Assembly (NCBI GenBank): GCA_041946735.1
Contig: JBHGAY010000017.1
Span: 1 to 64,000, forward strand
DNA: 64,000 nt
Direction: 5' to 3'
Source: Candidatus Eiseniibacteriota bacterium
Lineage (GTDB): Bacteria; Eisenbacteria; RBG-16-71-46; CAIMUX01; VGJL01
A program made the translations under genes and the position numbers. Below the pieces are notes generated by a model, which saw only the letters and a program-made list of their open reading frames with translations, had not been told where the DNA came from and made no database searches. Positions 59,901 through 64,000 of this stretch are shown here, piece after piece. How positions within the stretch are numbered: position 1 is the first letter of the stretch; each line of letters begins with the position of its first letter.

Positions 59901-61747
59901 TCGGTTCCCTTCCAGAGACACACTTGCGCCCCCTCCGACGGGAGTCCGTTCTCACGCACGGTCACGGTGACCGAGTTCGCCCCGGCGGGAATGCTCGACG
60001 GCGCGGTGACCTGGAGAGGCTCGGGGAAGGCGGTCCAGCAGGGGACCGCGGGATCCCCCATGAGATTGTTCCAGTGCGACCAGATCGTGACGTGGTTCGG
60101 GTCGACGAGCTGGTAGTTGAGGAACATCTCCATCTTGCCGCGGGTGAGCGCGGCGCCGAGGTTGTAGGCCCCTTCGTAGAGCAGTCCGTAGTAGATGCCG
60201 TAGGTGATGCAGTTGTTGTAGCGGGTGTGAGTGCCGGTCGTCGCCGTGCCGATCGCGCCGATCGCCGCCTTCGGGCTCGTCGCGCTGCCGGCCCGGAGGA
60301 AGGCCTCCGAGCGGCAGGAGTTCGTCGAGTAGAACGATCCCGTGTCGCAGGTGATCGTCACGACGAACGGCATCTTCCAGCCGTTGGTCAGGTTGTAGGT
60401 GTTGGTGTTGCTCCAGCCACTCATTCCCTGGATGCCGCGGTAACAGAAGATCGTGTCGCCGCGGTTCATCGCGGTGGCCATCTGGCTCACGAACGGGCTG
60501 TTGAATACGGTGTCGATCTGGGCGTATCCCAACTGGCGCAGCCGAATCTTGATCCATTGCTGCACCTGCACGGTGCTGTAGCCGGAGTCGTACGGGTCGC
60601 CGACCAGACAGGCGCGCGTGAACCAGCCCGGATCGCTCGTGTCCGGCGTCCTCTCGTAGCCCAAGATCTTCGCGACGATCGTCTCCAGCTCGGTCAGCGA
60701 GGAGAAGGAGAGGCGTCCCACATGCGCGTCGGCAAGGACGTCGTTCCCCTCGAGCTGCACGTAGGGGTGGTCTCCCTCACCGTGATATCCCGAAACGTCC
60801 TCGAACCAGGTCGGGACCGGGTAGCCGCCATAGGCGTCGCCCGCGATCACCACGTACTCGGGCGGGTCTTCCCAGGTGTCGTACGCTTCCTGGATGTAGC
60901 TCTTGATGGCGCTGTTGGTGCTTCCGATCTGCGCCGTCGTCACCATGACCGCCTTGTATCCCTCGCGCATGCGCCAGTCCACGAGCGGTTGCAGGCGGCT
61001 CGTGAGGTTGGTGTCGCTGCCGCACACCAGGATCCAGGAGCCGGGACGCACTTCGAGGCCGCGCAGCGCCTGCTCGTGGTTGATGACGAGCTCCTGGTAC
61101 ATGCGGGCGAAGCTCGGCGGGATGGAGCGATGGTGGCGCGTCTTGACGTTCTCTTCGCTCGATCCCTGGAACGACACCTCCACGCGGATGGTCGAGGCGA
61201 CGGAGAGCGACTGACGGGATGGGTCGTAGCGCACCGGGCGGAAGGTGATCGGCACGAGGCGCAGCTCGCGGCTGATCGCGGGCGCGCCGACCGACACGGC
61301 AGGCTCTTCGCCGTACCCTTGCCGCCCGTAGGCCGCGCCGTCGAAGGCGAAGCCGGCCTGCTCGTCGTCCTCCTGCATCGGGACCAACGGGAATCCTTCG
61401 ACCTCCACCTCCCCTTCGCGCCGGGCACTGACGTTCACGCCGGCGCGGTCGGGAATCGCGAGGAACCGGGTGAAGGTGGGAATGGCCGGCTGGCCCGGAT
61501 TCCCTTCCAGTCCACCGCCCGGAATCGCGGCCGAGAGGAAGGAGCGCTCCCCGGCGCGCAGTTCCTCCACTGAGAGAACCGGCAGCTCGAAGTCGAGGAC
61601 GAGCCCGGACTCGGTCGAAGACACCACCCGGATCGTGGGCAGATCGTCCGGGCCGACTGCGGTGGGATTCAGGAGTTCCGTCGAGGCGAGAGCAGGAATT
61701 GAGGAGAGCAGGAAAACGGACGTAAGAACGCCCAGGACGAGGCGCAT
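56906..61747 (-). CDS. Gingipain-like peptidase C25 family protein with propeptide, accessory domains and FlgD/T9SS CTD
   Basis: Propeptide PG.P.IP; PPEYVVIAGD, D.HVGRLS, TITCDTGSF, NLMGDP; CTD NQPNPFNP...WDGRD...SGIYLY. Confidence 0.88.
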   Translation of the reverse strand: MRLVLGVLTSVFLLSSIPALASTELLNPTAVGPDDLPTIRVVSSTESGLVLDFELPVLSVEELRAGERSFLSAAIPGGGLEGNPGQPAIPTFTRFLAIPDRAGVNVSARREGEVEVEGFPLVPMQEDDEQAGFAFDGAAYGRQGYGEEPAVSVGAPAISRELRLVPITFRPVRYDPSRQSLSVASTIRVEVSFQGSSEENVKTRHHRSIPPSFARMYQELVINHEQALRGLEVRPGSWILVCGSDTNLTSRLQPLVDWRMREGYKAVMVTTAQIGSTNSAIKSYIQEAYDTWEDPPEYVVIAGDAYGGYPVPTWFEDVSGYHGEGDHPYVQLEGNDVLADAHVGRLSFSSLTELETIVAKILGYERTPDTSDPGWFTRACLVGDPYDSGYSTVQVQQWIKIRLRQLGYAQIDTVFNSPFVSQMATAMNRGDTIFCYRGIQGMSGWSNTNTYNLTNGWKMPFVVTITCDTGSFYSTNSCRSEAFLRAGSATSPKAAIGAIGTATTGTHTRYNNCITYGIYYGLLYEGAYNLGAALTRGKMEMFLNYQLVDPNHVTIWSHWNNLMGDPAVPCWTAFPEPLQVTAPSSIPAGANSVTVTVRENGLPSEGAQVCLWKGTETHAVGVTDAQGIVEIPITTATPGDMLLTVTKHDRHAYEQTIPVVNQNRYVALAATALDDDATGESNGNGDAKIEPGETVELRVQLRNFGPQTANDVTAQLTCDDPRVQVIDDSETFGNIPGGGSAWCADDFDFRVDTICQDGVTLRFGIDVTSGSDHWHSMLELPVVSADLVWDGTIELSNVGGNAQMDPGETGQLAIRLVNQGGFPASSITAMLLSLSEFVDVPDGDGAFPAIPVDGNGMNSSNTFAIHAAADCFQGYEARLQVILSFNGGATDTTEISLPIGTRSTDDPTGPDAYGYYAFDDTDVAYPEAPVYSWVELDPAYGGTGTEVVLGDNGDYQDKSRVVDVPFPFQYYGDTYTRATICSNGWLAMGATYNHEYRNWTIPGAGGPEAMIAPFWDDLSQYNGGKVFQRYDQANHRWIIEWSHMRNMYNYSSIETFEAILYDPAFHETETGDGIIEFHYNTIANVDAVDGYATVGIENKDQSVGLLYTFFNRYGAGAANLGANRAIRFVPTREVLYGVIHGVVRNASADNIPLSGAAVTVLENGHEYHSIVNGTYQANEMPGVYTLVASHSGFEPDTVEAVQVTAGGTVQIDFALTDVTAPSISTVTVPTTNDTIGPYAVHATIQDGSPLDEASVYYRIDGGAFTQLTMNGLGGVNYRGYIPGQSWGTKVEFYVLARDAGDNEATDPPEAPQELFTFYVAPTVTVFLDDMEADHGWTIGSADDDADTGIWERVDPNGTWSGLMPVQPEDDHTPDPGANAWITGQSAPGDNQTANDVDGGRTTLTTPILPLSGEGVAILRYHRWFTNDTGTGPREDPWIVQITDDDGQTWHDLENTRTSDRSWRLMEFDLSSIISYTGLVRVRFIASDEGTASIVEAGVDDVELIFTGIGVADAQDDASLAGVSFALSQNQPNPFNPRTTIRFSLERAGATRLSVFDVTGREVRRLVDGSLEAGSHAYTWDGRDDAGHSLPSGIYLYRLEAGSDGQTRKMLLLE

Positions 61748-61912
61748 CAGAGCTTCCTCCGGTTGCGGCACCTGGTTGTGCGGGCGGAATGGGCCGACCG
61801 CGGACGTCACAAAGAACCGGACTCTATTCTACCGGATTGTCAGCGCCGGTGATAGAAGGTGACGGGCCGGCGCGTTCCCGGAGGTTGGGGATGCGAGGCA
61901 GGGGAGCGGAGG

Positions 61913-62719
61913 CTAGGAGACCGAAGTGGACCTGGGCAGGGAGGTCACGATCGCGACCCCGGCGCTCGTTCCGATCCGATCCGCCCCGGCGGCGATCATC
62001 CGCAGCGCGTCATGGAGCGTGCGGATCCCGCCCGAAGCTTTGACGCCGAGCGCGGTCCCCGCTTCGCGGCGAAGGAGCTGGACGTCCTCGACCGTCGCGC
62101 CGCTCGGCCCGAAGCCGGTCGAGGTCTTCAAGTAGCTCGCTCCCGCTTGCGTCGCGAGGGCGGCGGCGCGGACCTTCTCGCTATCGGTCAGCCGGGAGGT
62201 CTCGAGGATGGCCTTGACGACCCGCCCGCCCGCCGCGCGCACGACCGCCGTGACGTCGGCCCGCACGGCCTCGTCCGACGCCGTCCCCGAGCGGACCAGG
62301 CCGGCGGGCAGCACGACGTCCAGCTCCACCGCTCCATCCTCGACCGCGCGCGCCGCCTCGAACGCCTTCGCGTCGCTTCTGTGCATCCCACTCGGGAATC
62401 CGATGACGGTGACCGCGGCGATGCCGGTCGCCTCCAGGCGGGCGGCGACCCGGGAGACGTAGACCGGTGAGACGCAGACCCCGACGAAGCGATGGCGGAT
62501 CGCGCTCTCGCAGAGCGCCTCGATCTCGGAGATGGTGGCGGCGGGGGAGAGCAGCGTCTCTTCGATTCGAGAACGCAGCAGGTCCGACAAGCGGGCGAGG
62601 GCGGCTTCCGGAAGGTGCGAAGCGAGAGCGTCCCCCCGGGCAAGGATCTCGGCCGCTTCGCTCGCCAGGCGCCTCTCCTCGCCGGTGGCGATCCGGATGA
62701 CGGGACGGCCTGCGCTCAC
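61913..62719 (-). CDS. deoC: Deoxyribose-phosphate aldolase
   Basis: TVIGFPSG, GAVELDVV, VKAILET, KTSTGF, VKASGGIRT, RIGTS; GTG start overlaps the cdd stop. Confidence 0.9.
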   Translation of the reverse strand: MSAGRPVIRIATGEERRLASEAAEILARGDALASHLPEAALARLSDLLRSRIEETLLSPAATISEIEALCESAIRHRFVGVCVSPVYVSRVAARLEATGIAAVTVIGFPSGMHRSDAKAFEAARAVEDGAVELDVVLPAGLVRSGTASDEAVRADVTAVVRAAGGRVVKAILETSRLTDSEKVRAAALATQAGASYLKTSTGFGPSGATVEDVQLLRREAGTALGVKASGGIRTLHDALRMIAAGADRIGTSAGVAIVTSLPRSTSVS

Positions 62720-63237
62720 GCCCCGCCTCTGCTCCGGCGCCGTGATTGCGGCCGGAACTCGACGAACGCCTCCGGGAGCAGATCCGAGAGCTTCCCGGCT
62801 CCTCGCTGCCGCCGGGCCGTTCCCCACCGGATCTCGAGATCCTCGCCGCCCGCCTCGAGCAGCCGTTGCAGGCAACTGCCGCAAGGAGCGGCTGCCCCGC
62901 GAGGGGGCGGACCGATCAGCACGAGGCGTCGCGCGCCTGCCTTTCCCCCGGCGAGCCGGAGGGACGCGAGAGCGCCGGTCTCCGCGCAGATCGAGCCGGC
63001 GGGCAGGTCGTCGATCGAGATGGAGACCCCAGAGAATCGCGCCCCGCTCGCGTCCTCGATGCAGGCGCTCCAGCGCGGCCGGCCCAAGGAGCGGGACAGG
63101 ATCGCCGCCGCCTCCGCTACGAGGGGCAGCCAATTCGCCGGCCACCCGGCGGATGAGGAGGCCGCACCGCCTGCCGGCCCGCCGTGGGACTTCCCTTGCC
63201 CGTGCCCGTTCACGTCTCCGCTGACGCTCACGCTCAT
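62716..63237 (-). CDS. cdd: Divergent cytidine deaminase-like protein
   Basis: ICAE and PCGSC zinc motifs, LLPEAF C-terminus; adjacent to deoC. Confidence 0.65.
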   Translation of the reverse strand: MSVSVSGDVNGHGQGKSHGGPAGGAASSSAGWPANWLPLVAEAAAILSRSLGRPRWSACIEDASGARFSGVSISIDDLPAGSICAETGALASLRLAGGKAGARRLVLIGPPPRGAAAPCGSCLQRLLEAGGEDLEIRWGTARRQRGAGKLSDLLPEAFVEFRPQSRRRSRGGA

Positions 63238-64000
63238 GCCCACGCCTGTGCTTGCGCTTGCGTTTGCTCCCGCTCTTGCTCTTGCTCTTGCGCCTGCGCC
63301 TGCGCCTGCTCCTGCGCCTGCACCCCCCCTTGCTTCCGCGCCAGCTCTCCCTCCTGCTCCTGCGCCTGCTCTCCCGCCTGTTCCTGCGCGGGCCACGCGA
63401 GGAATCGATCGAGGACCGCCCGCACCCCTTCCACGCTCGTCTCCTGCATCGCCGCCGCGCGCAGCTCGGCGATGTGCGGGGCGCCGCGCAGGATCTGGCT
63501 CAGGTGCTTGCGGCTCTCCACGAGCGCCTTGCGCTCCCCCTTGTCGGGGATCGTGTCGTGCAGTTGCTCCCAGTAGACGGCGACCTGCTCCGCGCGCCCC
63601 GGCGGACCGGGGTCGACGCCGGTCTCGAGAAAGCCTCGAGCGCGGCGGAAGATCCACGGGTTGCCGATCGCCGCCCGGCCGATCATCACCCCGTCGCATC
63701 CGGTCGTCTCCAGCATCCGCTTCACGTCTTCGGGAGACCGCACGTCTCCGTTGCCGATCACCGGGATGGAGACCGCCTGCTTCACGCGCCCGATCCACTC
63801 CCATGCCGCCTCGCCCTTGAACATCTGCTGTCGCGTCCGAGCGTGCAGCGTGAGCGCCGCAATCCCCATGTCTTCCAGGCGGCGGGCGAGATCGACGATC
63901 AAGATCGAGTCGCAATCCCAGCCGAGCCGGGTCTTCACGGTAACGGGAAGACCGACGGCCTGCACGACCGCGCGCGCCAGCGAGAGCAACCGTTCCGGCT
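63234..64000 (-). CDS. dusB: tRNA-dihydrouridine synthase (partial; 5' end outside window)
   Basis: PVTVKTRLGW, LHART, IPVIGNGD, DGVMIGRAAIGNPWIF. Confidence 0.9.
   Translation of the reverse strand, partial: PERLLSLARAVVQAVGLPVTVKTRLGWDCDSILIVDLARRLEDMGIAALTLHARTRQQMFKGEAAWEWIGRVKQAVSIPVIGNGDVRSPEDVKRMLETTGCDGVMIGRAAIGNPWIFRRARGFLETGVDPGPPGRAEQVAVYWEQLHDTIPDKGERKALVESRKHLSQILRGAPHIAELRAAAMQETSVEGVRAVLDRFLAWPAQEQAGEQAQEQEGELARKQGGVQAQEQAQAQAQEQEQEREQTQAQAQAWA
63243..63390 (-). repeat. Hexamer repeat encoding an (A/E)Q-rich DusB tail
   Basis: GCGCAG/GAGCAA/GAGCAG units. Confidence 0.75.

Overview
This is a GC-rich bacterial window, probably from an FCB-superphylum candidate lineage such as Eisenbacteria; that assignment is inferred only from its many FlgD/T9SS-type C-terminal domains and a C25 protease. 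It has two parts. (1) Positions 1 to about 17.8 kb hold about 25 small co-oriented (+) accessory genes: DinB x2, RibD-C/DHFR x3, VOC x2, cupin x2, SAM methyltransferase x2, YciI, SUFU, truncated haemoglobin, YdeI, SnoaL, CHRD and MDR. Between them are integron attC sites that are nearly intact at the left (694-796, 2632-2694) and progressively eroded to the right, plus orphan 3' gene remnants and IS3/IS481 pieces. This looks like a decaying integron cassette array; no integrase is in the window. (2) From 18 to 64 kb there are secreted beta-propeller/protease genes with T9SS-like CTDs, an AraC module with a visible operator motif, and a deoxyhypusine-synthase-like gene. These are followed by tsaC-LMW-PTP-ilvE-glyA-HIT, a MoxR/Bat operon with a batD-batE fusion, PTS-IIA, a zinc-ribbon gene, an amidohydrolase, GAF-PP2C, bactofilin, rhomboid, fusA, a serpin, a gingipain-like C25 protein, and dusB-cdd-deoC. 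Four unrelated ORFs end in a shared [ST]-W-G-x-[LV]-[KR]-x-x-[YF]-(R) tail, a candidate second protein-sorting signal. No rRNA, tRNA or CRISPR array was recognised.
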